Source: a bacterium
GTDB lineage: Bacteria > Patescibacteriota > Minisyncoccia > Phycocordibacterales > SBAW01
DNA length: 54,469 nucleotides
Direction of reading: 5' to 3'
NCBI GenBank assembly: GCA_005239955.1
Contig: SBAW01000040.1
Coordinates: forward strand, 1 to 54,469
A program made the position numbers and the translations under genes. The notes beneath the pieces are model-generated. The model saw only the letters and a program-made list of their open reading frames with translations, searched no databases and was not told the origin of the DNA. Positions 23,600 to 31,849 of the stretch are shown here, in pieces; the first letter of the stretch is position 1, and each line of letters begins with the position of its first letter.

Positions 23600-23676
23600 G
23601 CGGAAAAATTAAGTTACTAAAAGTACTACGAGGAGTACGTTCCTCCTAGTATATCACAACCAATATAGAGGGGTGT

Positions 23677-24066
23677 TTAAGCCTTCACTTCCTCTGCGGG
23701 AACCGCAGGCGCTTCAGGGGCAGGGGCCGTTACAGGAGCTTCGGTTAGGGGGGCAGCGGCAGTTGGAACGGCTTCCTCCTTCTCTTTCTTAAATGAATTC
23801 TTGCGAGGGAGGGAGTCGCGCTTTTTGCCGGAGAGGATGCCCTTGTCGATGAGGAGATTGTGGAGAGTGTCTGAAAGTTGCGCGCCCTTCCCTACCCAAT
23901 GCAGAATTCGCTCGCCATCAAGTTCCGTCTTTTTTTGGCCCGGGTGGTGATGGCCGACGATTTCAAGATTGCGGCCACTTTTTGGCCCCTGGGTTGACTG
24001 CGTAACCACAGCCCGAAACGCCGGATCATTCCGGCGGCCAACGCGCTGTAACCTAATCTTCAACAT
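23677..24066 (-). CDS. rpsP: 30S ribosomal protein S16 with an Ala/Pro-rich C-terminal extension
   Basis: MLKIRLQRVGRRNDPAFRAVV. I prefer the ATG at 24066 to the ORF-track GTG at 24075 because TGCTACAGT lies 7 nt upstream of the ATG. Confidence 0.9.
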   Translation of the reverse strand: MLKIRLQRVGRRNDPAFRAVVTQSTQGPKSGRNLEIVGHHHPGQKKTELDGERILHWVGKGAQLSDTLHNLLIDKGILSGKKRDSLPRKNSFKKEKEEAVPTAAAPLTEAPVTAPAPEAPAVPAEEVKA

Positions 24067-24073
24067 GCGCGGC

Positions 24074-24103
24074 ACTGTAGCACAGGAGGGTGTTGCTCGA
24101 CAA
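24074..24103 (-). promoter_or_regulatory. Promoter TTGTCG-N18-TACAGT, 7 nt upstream of the rpsP ATG
   Basis: The minus strand reads TTGTCGagcaacaccctcctgtgcTACAGTgccgcgcATG. Confidence 0.55.
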
Positions 24104-24385
24104 GAAATGAAGCCTGCTCAAGCGCGGTTGTTTTCGATCTCGCGATCCGGGTTGCCCTCGGGACGAAACTTACTTAACCACACCTAAACAGGCTTCGTGA
24201 GAGAGGGCCCAGGTCCATTTTTGAAGCGGGTGTCATGCAGCAAGCCCGTGCACGACCTAGCGCTGGAGGGGAGAGCAGCTCGCCGCTCCGAAATGGTTCC
24301 ACTTTGACTATATGCACGAACAAGAGGAAGGTCAACCTGGTGAGAGTTAACTGCCTCTCACGTGGTCAATGTTATAGTTTTTGAA

Positions 24386-26308
24386 ATGCCAGAGAAAAAA
24401 GGCCAGAAAACCTATACGGGCATCATCGATATTACGAGTCGCGCCGTAGGGTACGTTGCCATAGAGGGCTTCGAACAGGACATTGAGATCCCCCATGAGC
24501 GCCTCAATACTGCGCTCCCCGGCGATACGGTTTCGATTGAACTCGATCGAGGAGTGAGGGGCCGGCGCCAAACCGGCCGGGTGACGAGAGTCCTTGAACG
24601 ACGCCTCAAAAATGCGGTCGGCGTCATCGAAAAACGAGAAAAAGACATGGTTCTTGTGTGCGATGATCGCCGCGTCTATCGCCCCCTCGTTATCACCAAC
24701 GCAGAAAAAGCGGCGGGGAAAGAAGGCTTCAAGGCGGTGGTGCGGCTTTCAGACTGGAGTGACCCGCGCGTAGATCCCACGGGAACCTTAGGAGAGATCT
24801 TGGGGCGAAAAGGCGAGCATGAGACGGAAATGCGGGCGATTATTATTCGCCACGACTTCGATAGTGGGTTCCCCGACGATGTCGAGAAAGAAGCAAAGGA
24901 ACTCGAACATTTCGATATATCAAAACAGAGCGAAAATCGGTGCGATTTTCGCAGCGTGCCTACCTGCACGATTGATCCGGTTGATGCCAAAGATTTCGAC
25001 GATGCACTTTCGGTAAAGAAACTACCGGGTGGCCAGATTGAAGTTGGTGTGCATATTGCCGACGTTAGTCACTTCGTGCGACTAAAGACCGCCATTGAAA
25101 AAGAGGCCCAGCGTCGCGGCACCTCGGTCTACCTTGTTGACCGCACGATCCCCATGCTCCCCGAAGTTCTCTCCAACAACCTCTGCTCTCTTATGCCAAA
25201 CGTCGACCGTCTCGCCATGAGCGCGGTGTTTGTACTCAACGAAAATGCAGAAGTCGTGAGTAAGTGGTTTGGCGAAACGATTATCCATTCAGTGAAGCGA
25301 TTTTCGTACGAAGAGGCACAAGAAGTCCTCGACACCAGCACCGGCCCTCTCAAAGATGAACTGTTCGTCCTTCGAGACCTCGCACGGAAACTGAAAGCAA
25401 AACGAAGCGATGAAGGATCGATTGAGTTTGACCAAGAAGAAGTGCGTTTTAAGCTCGATAAAGACGGAAAACCGATTGGCGTTGAGAAGAAGCCGCGCCT
25501 TGAGACCAATTCACTTATCGAAGAATTTATGCTCCTCGCAAACCGTGAAGTGGCGCTCCATGTTCACGGACAGGAGAAAAAGCCGTCAAACAATCTTTTC
25601 ATTTACCGCATTCACGACAATCCGGTCATCGAAAAAATTGAGGAACTCGGTATTTTCCTTCACGCCATTGGCTACGATCTTGCGCACCGCAAAGGAAAAG
25701 TATCACAGCACGCTATCACGAATCTGTTTAAGCAAATCGAAGGGAAGCCGGAAGAACAGCTCATTAAAGTTGCAACCATCCGCTCCATGGCAAAGGCGGT
25801 CTATTCGACCAAAAACATCGGCCATTTCGGCCTCTCCTTCCGCTACTACACCCACTTCACCTCACCCATTCGCCGCTACCCCGACTTACTGGTCCACCGC
25901 ATGCTTAAAGCACACCTTGGCGGGAAGCCCATTCTTCGGTCCGAGTCAGCCCACTATGAACGCCTTGCTATCAAATCGTCGGAACGCGAGGCAGAGGCAG
26001 TTGCTGCCGAGCGCGAGTCGGTAAAGTACAAGCAGGTTGAGTACATGATGAGCCACATCGGTGAGGAGTTTGATGCCACCATTTCAGGAGTTGTTGAGTG
26101 GGGTGTCTACGTTGAAGAAGTAAATACAAAATCTGAAGGCTTGGTAAGTGTTCGCAATATGAAAGATGACTACTACGAGTACGATTCGCGATCGTTTTCA
26201 CTCGTGGGGCGTCGCACAAAAGCAAGACGCGCACTCGGGGATAGAGTGCGCGTGAAGTTGGTTGCTGCCGATCTTGACCGCCGGCAGCTCGATTTTGTTC
26301 TTGTCTAA
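24386..26308 (+). CDS. rnr: Ribonuclease R (RNB family 3'-5' exoribonuclease with C-terminal S1 domain)
   Basis: Motifs IDPVDAKDFDDALS and HFGLSFRYYTHFTSPIRRYPDLLVHR, with an S1-like C-terminus. The ATG at 24386 has TGTTATAGT 7 nt upstream. The ORF track GTG is at 24362. Confidence 0.92.
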   Translation: MPEKKGQKTYTGIIDITSRAVGYVAIEGFEQDIEIPHERLNTALPGDTVSIELDRGVRGRRQTGRVTRVLERRLKNAVGVIEKREKDMVLVCDDRRVYRPLVITNAEKAAGKEGFKAVVRLSDWSDPRVDPTGTLGEILGRKGEHETEMRAIIIRHDFDSGFPDDVEKEAKELEHFDISKQSENRCDFRSVPTCTIDPVDAKDFDDALSVKKLPGGQIEVGVHIADVSHFVRLKTAIEKEAQRRGTSVYLVDRTIPMLPEVLSNNLCSLMPNVDRLAMSAVFVLNENAEVVSKWFGETIIHSVKRFSYEEAQEVLDTSTGPLKDELFVLRDLARKLKAKRSDEGSIEFDQEEVRFKLDKDGKPIGVEKKPRLETNSLIEEFMLLANREVALHVHGQEKKPSNNLFIYRIHDNPVIEKIEELGIFLHAIGYDLAHRKGKVSQHAITNLFKQIEGKPEEQLIKVATIRSMAKAVYSTKNIGHFGLSFRYYTHFTSPIRRYPDLLVHRMLKAHLGGKPILRSESAHYERLAIKSSEREAEAVAAERESVKYKQVEYMMSHIGEEFDATISGVVEWGVYVEEVNTKSEGLVSVRNMKDDYYEYDSRSFSLVGRRTKARRALGDRVRVKLVAADLDRRQLDFVLV

Positions 26309-26656
26309 CTAGTGGGCCTGGCTGGTGGTGCCGACTTTTCGTGTCCAGGCTGCTTCAGAACGGCTTATACGACGAGGACCCCATCGTACGAGAAGCAGGT
26401 GATCGGTATCACTCTCGGGCCGCACCGCTTCTGGATGCTTCTCCTGAAGCAGCGCAACAAGCTTTGCACTGAAACGATCGATCGGCAGTGCGTCGATACG
26501 ATCTCCTTCAGGCGCATTGAGCGCATGTCCGATCATAACGATGAGAAGGCGCCCGTCAGGCGCAACAGCAACGCCACCTTCAAAATAGCGGTCGTCTTCC
26601 TGAAGAGACAGCCGGGTCAAGACCGGCGTTGCTCCGACGATGAGCAAAGTAGGCAT
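26309..26656 (-). CDS. Hypothetical protein, 115 aa
   Basis: GGAAGGAGGTTCAC precedes the ATG at 26656. The gene is GC-rich. Its stop codon directly abuts the rnr stop codon. I confidently recognise no family; any Roadblock/LC7-like resemblance is weak. Confidence 0.6.
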   Translation of the reverse strand: MPTLLIVGATPVLTRLSLQEDDRYFEGGVAVAPDGRLLIVMIGHALNAPEGDRIDALPIDRFSAKLVALLQEKHPEAVRPESDTDHLLLVRWGPRRISRSEAAWTRKVGTTSQAH

Positions 26657-26729
26657 GTGAACCTCCTTCCACTTCCGTACCGCGCGGAATTCCTCGTATC
26701 AAAAGCAAATCGATCGGATTGGTCAAGTT

Positions 26730-26763
26730 AAACGAAAGAGGGACGAGCCACCGGCTCGTCCCT
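26730..26763 (-). terminator. Intrinsic terminator of the 26784..26984 gene
   Basis: 10-bp stem GGGACGAGCC/GGCTCGTCCC (26740-26749/26753-26762), followed on the minus strand by TCTTTCGTTT. Confidence 0.7.
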
Positions 26764-26783
26764 GTCTCACATGCCCATTCGGC

Positions 26784-26984
26784 TTAGTCGGCCGCAGCGG
26801 GCTGCCTGGCGAATTCGCGCCGAGCGCGTTCCCGCAGCCGTTGGGGAATCTGGCTGTAGTTGACCGGGCGCCAGGCTCTGGTGCCCTTGTCGAGTGCCTC
26901 CCACTTGATACCGCCGTTGCCGTCGGAACCCGCGCGGTGCTCATGGTGGTCGGAGTACACGTAGCCGTCGGCCTCTGTGGCCAT
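26784..26984 (-). CDS. Hypothetical protein, 66 aa
   Basis: The ATG at 26984 is preceded by AAGGAGAACGTCC, and a terminator lies downstream. The ORF track starts at 27029. Confidence 0.5.
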   Translation of the reverse strand: MATEADGYVYSDHHEHRAGSDGNGGIKWEALDKGTRAWRPVNYSQIPQRLRERARREFARQPAAAD

Positions 26985-27087
26985 GGACGTTCTCCTTGAT
27001 CGTCCCGCACCCCTGTGCGGAAACCTCATTTATTTAAGCGAACGTAACCAAAATAGCAAGCTAATTAGCCACAACCCCTTGTTTTTC

Positions 27088-27119
27088 ATACTTGCTAATT
27101 CGATTGAATTAGCAAGTAT
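27088..27119. other. 14-bp-stem hairpin ATACTTGCTAATTC-GATT-GAATTAGCAAGTAT just downstream of smc
   Basis: Perfect pairing 27088-27101/27106-27119. A related GCTAATTAGC palindrome lies at about 27059-27068. Confidence 0.7.
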
Positions 27120-27125
27120 GGTTGG

Positions 27126-29372
27126 CTATTTTGCTACAGCCACAGCCTCCTCGAACTTCACTGACAGCAATTTACTGACGCCGTCGCTCCCCATGGTGAC
27201 ACCATAAAGGATGCCTGCGCGGCTCATGGTTTCGCGATTGTGGGTGATGAGAATAAGCTGCGACTTTTTCGAGAGATTTTCAATCATGTCGCCATAGCGG
27301 CGCGAGTTCGCCTCGTCGAGCGCCGCATCGGTTTCGTCAAGAATAAGAAAGGGCGGTGGATTCACTTGGCTCATCGCAAAAATAAGCGCGATTGAGGTAA
27401 GCGCGCGCTCGCCTCCCGAGAGCATTTCAAGACCTTTAATGCGTTTGTGGGGCAAATTGACCGATATCTCAATTCCCTCCTCTGGCTCTGCTTCCTCTTC
27501 TTCCTCGGCAGGGACTCCCTGCAACATTTCAAGTTCCGAATCCGAAGAGGCGCGTTTCCGGCGACGCTCTACAACAACTGAAAGCGAAGCGCTGCCGCCG
27601 CCAAACATGACTCTAAAGAATCTTTCAAATTCCTCGTTGATCTTTTTCATGCCGGCCTCAAACTGGCGCTTCAGTTCCACGTCGAGTTCATCAATAAGCT
27701 GCTCGAGAGATTCCGCTGACTGATTGAGATCGAGAATTTCTTTTGCCAAAAATTCATCGCGCTCTTTTACCTCCCGGTGTTCCTTAAGGACTTCCTCGGA
27801 TGACCCGCCACCAAACTCCTCAAGCCGGATTTTGAGTTTCTCAAGACCTCGGCGGCGTTCTTCCTGCGCCTTGCGTTCTTCTTGAAGTACCTGCGCTTCG
27901 TCAACGTTCGTATGCGCATACTCCATAAGTTCGCGGCCTATGAGTATTGCTCCTTCGGCAACTTCGCGTTTGAAATCCTCTTCTTCACGCAACAGAAGCG
28001 CTTCTTGCTGCAGGAGTCCCGAGAGCGTGCCGCGTAGCACTGTTTCTTCGTTCATGAGTTCGAAGACCTTACGCTCTGCATCGCGACCTTTCGTCTGTGC
28101 GGCTTCAAGTTCCGATTCAAGGGCGTGATAACGAGCCGTAAGTGTGCTTTCAGACTTGCGTACACTCCCCAATTCTGCGTCGATTTCTGTATGTTTCGCT
28201 TGGAGTTCCTGGAGCACACTTTCATCGAGAGTTGCGCTTCCCGGTCGGCGCGCAAGGAAGGAGGAAAGAAGGTCTTGAACGGAGGAAATAAGTTTTTTTA
28301 TAGCCGACAGGTCCTGTTCGGCCGCCGCTTTTTTAAAATATTCCTTTGCCTCTTCATATACTGCCCGGACATCTTTAAGCGGTACCGTCGCCCCCTCTTC
28401 GCCAGCCGCTTTTGCGGCTTTGATGCGGCGCTCTTCGGCCCGTAGTTCCCCTTCTATTTGCCCCAACTCGCGCGTGAGTTTTTCTTTGCGGCTGCGGACA
28501 CCAGAGAGCTCTTCTTCAAGTGAAATGATTTCCTTGCCGCGTCCATCGCTTTCGCGCGAAGAAGCCAATATTTTTTTGGCGTGCTCGAGTTCTTTCCCAA
28601 TTCGCGAAAGCTCGTGTTCAGGTTCTTTACGCGCGGCCCCCAGCTCTTTTTTGGCGTGGGCAAGGTAGAGGGATTCGCGTTTGAGGTAGTCGAGGTAGCG
28701 CTCTTTGAGGTCCTCGCGCATGGTTTTTGCTTTTTCGATCTTCTCTACCTGCTTTTCGAGGAACCGGAGGTGCGGCGTAATTTCTTTGCGGAGCGACTCA
28801 ACGTGAGAAATATTTTCGCGCGTTTTCCCGAGCTTTTTAATGCTCTCGTCGCGTTTGTAGTGGTAAATCTTAAGCCCAAGCGCATCCTCAATCATTTCAC
28901 GACGCTCTCTGGCATTTGCGGAAAGAATGCGGTCCGCTTCGCCTTGGGAAATAATGTGGTGCCCAGACGCGCCAATGTTGGCTTTTGCCAAAAGCTCAAA
29001 AATATCTCGGAGCCGCACCTGACTTCCGTTGACCGAATATTCATTGATGCCGTCGCGGTGAACGACACGCTCGATTGAAACCTCATCAAAGTCGATGTTG
29101 AAGAGCTTGTTTTTATTGTCAAAAATAATTTTGACGCCCGCGCGCCCGGCGCGCGGGACCGCTTTCGAGCCATTCCAAATGAGGTCCTCGCCGCGCCTTC
29201 CGCGCATGCTCTTCATGGACTGCTCGCCTAAGACAAACCGAAATGCCTCCGCCACATTGCTTTTCCCGGAGCCGTTTGGCCCCACAATTGCGGTTATTGA
29301 GGAGGCAAAATCGAGCGAGGTTTTCTTCGCAAATGACTTAAAACCAAAAAGCTCCAAACTTTTGAGCTGCAT
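27126..29372 (-). CDS. smc: SMC-family chromosome segregation ATPase, short form (748 aa) without a recognisable hinge
   Basis: Walker A in FGFKSFA...GPNGSGKSN, signature LSGGERALTSIAL, Walker B FLILDETDAALD. The middle of the protein is continuous heptad-like E/K/L-rich sequence. Confidence 0.85.
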   Translation of the reverse strand: MQLKSLELFGFKSFAKKTSLDFASSITAIVGPNGSGKSNVAEAFRFVLGEQSMKSMRGRRGEDLIWNGSKAVPRAGRAGVKIIFDNKNKLFNIDFDEVSIERVVHRDGINEYSVNGSQVRLRDIFELLAKANIGASGHHIISQGEADRILSANARERREMIEDALGLKIYHYKRDESIKKLGKTRENISHVESLRKEITPHLRFLEKQVEKIEKAKTMREDLKERYLDYLKRESLYLAHAKKELGAARKEPEHELSRIGKELEHAKKILASSRESDGRGKEIISLEEELSGVRSRKEKLTRELGQIEGELRAEERRIKAAKAAGEEGATVPLKDVRAVYEEAKEYFKKAAAEQDLSAIKKLISSVQDLLSSFLARRPGSATLDESVLQELQAKHTEIDAELGSVRKSESTLTARYHALESELEAAQTKGRDAERKVFELMNEETVLRGTLSGLLQQEALLLREEEDFKREVAEGAILIGRELMEYAHTNVDEAQVLQEERKAQEERRRGLEKLKIRLEEFGGGSSEEVLKEHREVKERDEFLAKEILDLNQSAESLEQLIDELDVELKRQFEAGMKKINEEFERFFRVMFGGGSASLSVVVERRRKRASSDSELEMLQGVPAEEEEEAEPEEGIEISVNLPHKRIKGLEMLSGGERALTSIALIFAMSQVNPPPFLILDETDAALDEANSRRYGDMIENLSKKSQLILITHNRETMSRAGILYGVTMGSDGVSKLLSVKFEEAVAVAK

Positions 29373-29424
29373 CGGGATTATTGTAGCAGCTAAAAACCTT
29401 AAAGAAATTATATTTTGCGAAAGA

Positions 29425-29454
29425 TTGACAATATGTATATTTTCATGCTATAAT
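29425..29454 (+). promoter_or_regulatory. Consensus sigma70 promoter TTGACA-N18-TATAAT for the 29487 gene
   Basis: -35 at 29425-29430 and -10 at 29449-29454. The leader contains AGGAGGG 6 nt before the GTG. Confidence 0.72.
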
Positions 29455-29486
29455 GTTGCTGTCGTTCAAAAGAGGAGGGCGCCACG

Positions 29487-29696
29487 GTGCTCGTCTTTAC
29501 CCTCATCACCACGCCGGATGACAGTGGTGGTGTGGGTGGCGACGGACTCGAATCGCCAGTATTCGAGTCGCGCGAGAAATGCGAAGCTGCGGCTCCGGCG
29601 GCGAAGGCCGAAATGGAGCGGCACTGGCTGAAGCTCTATAAACGGGGTGAGTTCGTGGTCATTCACGAATGCGCCCCTATTCTGCCCGGCTCGTAG
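29487..29696 (+). CDS. Hypothetical small protein, 69 aa
   Basis: GTG start with a strong SD, a consensus promoter upstream and a strong terminator downstream. I recognised no family. Confidence 0.55.
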   Translation: MLVFTLITTPDDSGGVGGDGLESPVFESREKCEAAAPAAKAEMERHWLKLYKRGEFVVIHECAPILPGS

Positions 29697-29715
29697 GCGC
29701 GTGCCTCGAGCCGGG

Positions 29716-29746
29716 AACGCCCTGGCCTACGGCCGGGGCGTTTTCG
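29716..29746 (+). terminator. Intrinsic terminator (12-bp GC stem plus TTTT) between the 29487 gene and rnc
   Basis: AACGCCCTGGCC-TAC-GGCCGGGGCGTT followed by TTCG. The stem is 29716-29727/29731-29742. Confidence 0.75.
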
Positions 29747-30451
29747 TTACCAACCTTTGGCTTCGAGGCCCTTCCGAGCTGCTTCTTGCTCCGCCTCTTG
29801 TTTGCTCTTTCCTTCTCCTTTCGCCACTAATTCTTTGCCGATATAAACGCCAATAACAAACTTTTTGTCGTGGTCGGGACCTGACTCGCTTATTGTTTGG
29901 TAGGCCGGGGTAATACCCGCTTCATCCTGTGCCTTTTCTTGGAAGAGACTTTTTGCATCGCGCCACAGCTGATCTGCCACCATTTTTTCTGTTCGCGGAA
30001 GTACGCTGCGCCCAATGAACGCGGCGGCAGCGTCGTAGCCTTGGTCGAGATAAATCGCGCCGACGAGCGCCTCGAGTGCATTTGCCAATAGGAATTGGCG
30101 GGCCCGGCCGGTGTCTTTTGCTTCCCCGCGTGAGAGAAGCATGTAGTCATTCATCCCAATTTCTTGCGCAATTTCCGAAAGTGTTTGTGCGTTGACGAGT
30201 GCCGAGCGATAGGAGGTAAGGTCGCCCTCGGTGGACTGAGGATACGTATCAAAGAGGTGACGTGTCACCACCAATTCAAGAACCGCGTCGCCTAAAAATT
30301 CGAGACGCTCATTGTGGGCGAGCCCCGGCTCGCGGTTTTCATTGAGGTAGGAGCGATGCGTAAACGCCTCCCTTAGGAGTCGCTCATTGTCAAAGGAAAC
30401 GCTAATGCGCTTTTCAAATGATTCGAGCCCGTTGCTATCACTCCCAGCCAT
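29747..30451 (-). CDS. rnc: Ribonuclease III
   Basis: NERLEFLGDAVLE signature and a C-terminal dsRBD (KQEAEQEAARKGLE). Confidence 0.93.
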   Translation of the reverse strand: MAGSDSNGLESFEKRISVSFDNERLLREAFTHRSYLNENREPGLAHNERLEFLGDAVLELVVTRHLFDTYPQSTEGDLTSYRSALVNAQTLSEIAQEIGMNDYMLLSRGEAKDTGRARQFLLANALEALVGAIYLDQGYDAAAAFIGRSVLPRTEKMVADQLWRDAKSLFQEKAQDEAGITPAYQTISESGPDHDKKFVIGVYIGKELVAKGEGKSKQEAEQEAARKGLEAKGW

Positions 30452-30506
30452 ACATCAGCATTATGCTTATTCTCTAATTCTGCAGAATATTGGTATAAGT
30501 ACTCCG

Positions 30507-31460
30507 TTATTTCTTTGCTTTGTTCTGTTTGGATCCCCCTGACGCCCCCGACTCCCTCCCCTTCTCCCCGGCCAGGCCATTTAAGGCCTTGGTCACGATG
30601 GGAAGAATATCGTTATAAAAATTAAGGTCAAGGATGTCAGCTACCTTAAACCATTTAGCATCATCGAGCCCTCCCTTCTCTTCGAGTTTGATGTCTTCAA
30701 ACTTCGACTCCGCAAGAAAGTACGAAACGTGCTTACGCTTCTTTCCGGATTCTGGATCAGAGGCAACATACTCGTTCTCACCAAGCTTCTCAGCCGGTTT
30801 TATGGTGAGCCCAATTTCTTCTTTTATCTTCCGTACGACGCCGATCTCTTCATTCTCCTCTGGCTGAAGCTTCCCTTTCGATAAGGTCCAGTGGCCAAAG
30901 ATATCGTGGACGAGTGCGAGATACATTTCACCGCCATGCTTTGCATAGACGACCGCTCCGACAAGACGCTCAACCGGCAGTTGGTCATAAGGAATATCGT
31001 TTCGCTTTTTCTTGCTGGTCTCGTGCTTCCCCGGCTCGCCTATCTCTTTATAGACCGCGCCAAGGACGCCGTTGACGAATTTGCCGCTGCTTTCGCCGCC
31101 ATACGTTTTCGCCAATTCAATGGCTTCGTTAATGGCCACTTTCGCGGGCACCTCCGTGCGGTCAGCAAAAAGAAGTTCAAAGAGCCCGAGCCGCAAGATA
31201 TTGCGATCTACGGGGGAAATTTTGGCAATCGGCCAATCGGGCGCTGCTTTTTCAATAATGGCATCGAGGTCAGCGCGACGAGACATCGTGCCGCCGAGAA
31301 GGTCTTTCATAAATGAAAAATCTCCCACACCGGGAGCATATTCCTCTGCATTCCTTTGTAAGGCATCGCCTGCATCGACAGTTCTTCCCATCTCATGGGC
31401 GATATCCCACTCGAAGAGTGTCTGCATCACGACTGATCTTGAGAGATGCCTATTAGCCAT
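30507..31460 (-). CDS. nusB: NusB antitermination factor fused to a C-terminal Nudix hydrolase domain
   Basis: The N-terminal ~150 aa carry NusB motifs (RNILRLGLFELLF, PAKVAINEAIELAKTYGGESSGKFVNGVLG). The C-terminal part has GKLQPEENEEIGVVRKIKEEIGL, which matches the Nudix box Gx5Ex7REUxEExGU. Confidence 0.85.
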   Translation of the reverse strand: MANRHLSRSVVMQTLFEWDIAHEMGRTVDAGDALQRNAEEYAPGVGDFSFMKDLLGGTMSRRADLDAIIEKAAPDWPIAKISPVDRNILRLGLFELLFADRTEVPAKVAINEAIELAKTYGGESSGKFVNGVLGAVYKEIGEPGKHETSKKKRNDIPYDQLPVERLVGAVVYAKHGGEMYLALVHDIFGHWTLSKGKLQPEENEEIGVVRKIKEEIGLTIKPAEKLGENEYVASDPESGKKRKHVSYFLAESKFEDIKLEEKGGLDDAKWFKVADILDLNFYNDILPIVTKALNGLAGEKGRESGASGGSKQNKAKK

Positions 31461-31537
31461 GTAAATGTGCCTGCCCCGCGCACTATCCTATCCCTAACCA
31501 ACCTAGTATACCAAAATTATTGGCGACGCAGGCGAGT

Positions 31538-31566
31538 GAAATGAATATCAGGTGGATATTCATTTC
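31538..31566. other. 12-bp-stem AT-rich hairpin GAAATGAATATC-AGGTG-GATATTCATTTC
   Basis: Perfect pairing 31538-31549/31555-31566, located between rpmF and the nusB-nudix gene. Confidence 0.7.
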
Positions 31567-31581
31567 CGAGCCGAGGAAGCC

Positions 31582-31605
31582 AAAAAGGATTCTGAAAGAA
31601 TCCTT
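31582..31605 (-). terminator. Intrinsic terminator of rpmF, overlapping its stop codon
   Basis: Stem AAGGATTC/GAATCCTT (31585-31592/31598-31605), followed on the minus strand by TTTT (TTTTTGG counting the terminal stem T). Confidence 0.6.
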
Positions 31606-31843
31606 ACTTCGATCCTGCTGCTGCCGCCTTCTCACGCGCAACTTTCTTCTCTGCGCGCTTCTGCGCTTTTGCAGCAACATCAATGACCTTCTTGCCGCGG
31701 TAGTTGCCGCAAGACAGACAAGCACGATGGCGAAGGACTGAAGCCCCGCATACCTCGCAGGAGATGAGCGCCGGAGCCGACAGCGCATGGTGGCTGCGGC
31801 GGTTTTTTGTATGGGCCCTTGTGGCCCGCATCCTGACTACCAT
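31604..31843 (-). CDS. rpmF: 50S ribosomal protein L32
   Basis: MVVRMRATRAHTKNRRSHHAL and the zinc-ribbon cysteines CEVCG...CLSCG. The ATG at 31843 has TATAGT 6 nt upstream. Confidence 0.9.
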   Translation of the reverse strand: MVVRMRATRAHTKNRRSHHALSAPALISCEVCGASVLRHRACLSCGNYRGKKVIDVAAKAQKRAEKKVAREKAAAAGSK

Positions 31844-31849
31844 GGAAGG

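Noticed and set aside
24181-24300. Possible SRP (4.5S) RNA, because of CCAGGTCC...GAAGC...GCAGCAAG words near rpsP
   Set aside because: The hallmark helix-8 arrangement (a GNRA tetraloop closed by UCC/GGA, followed by the AGCA symmetric loop) cannot be formed on either strand. The resemblance is limited to short words.
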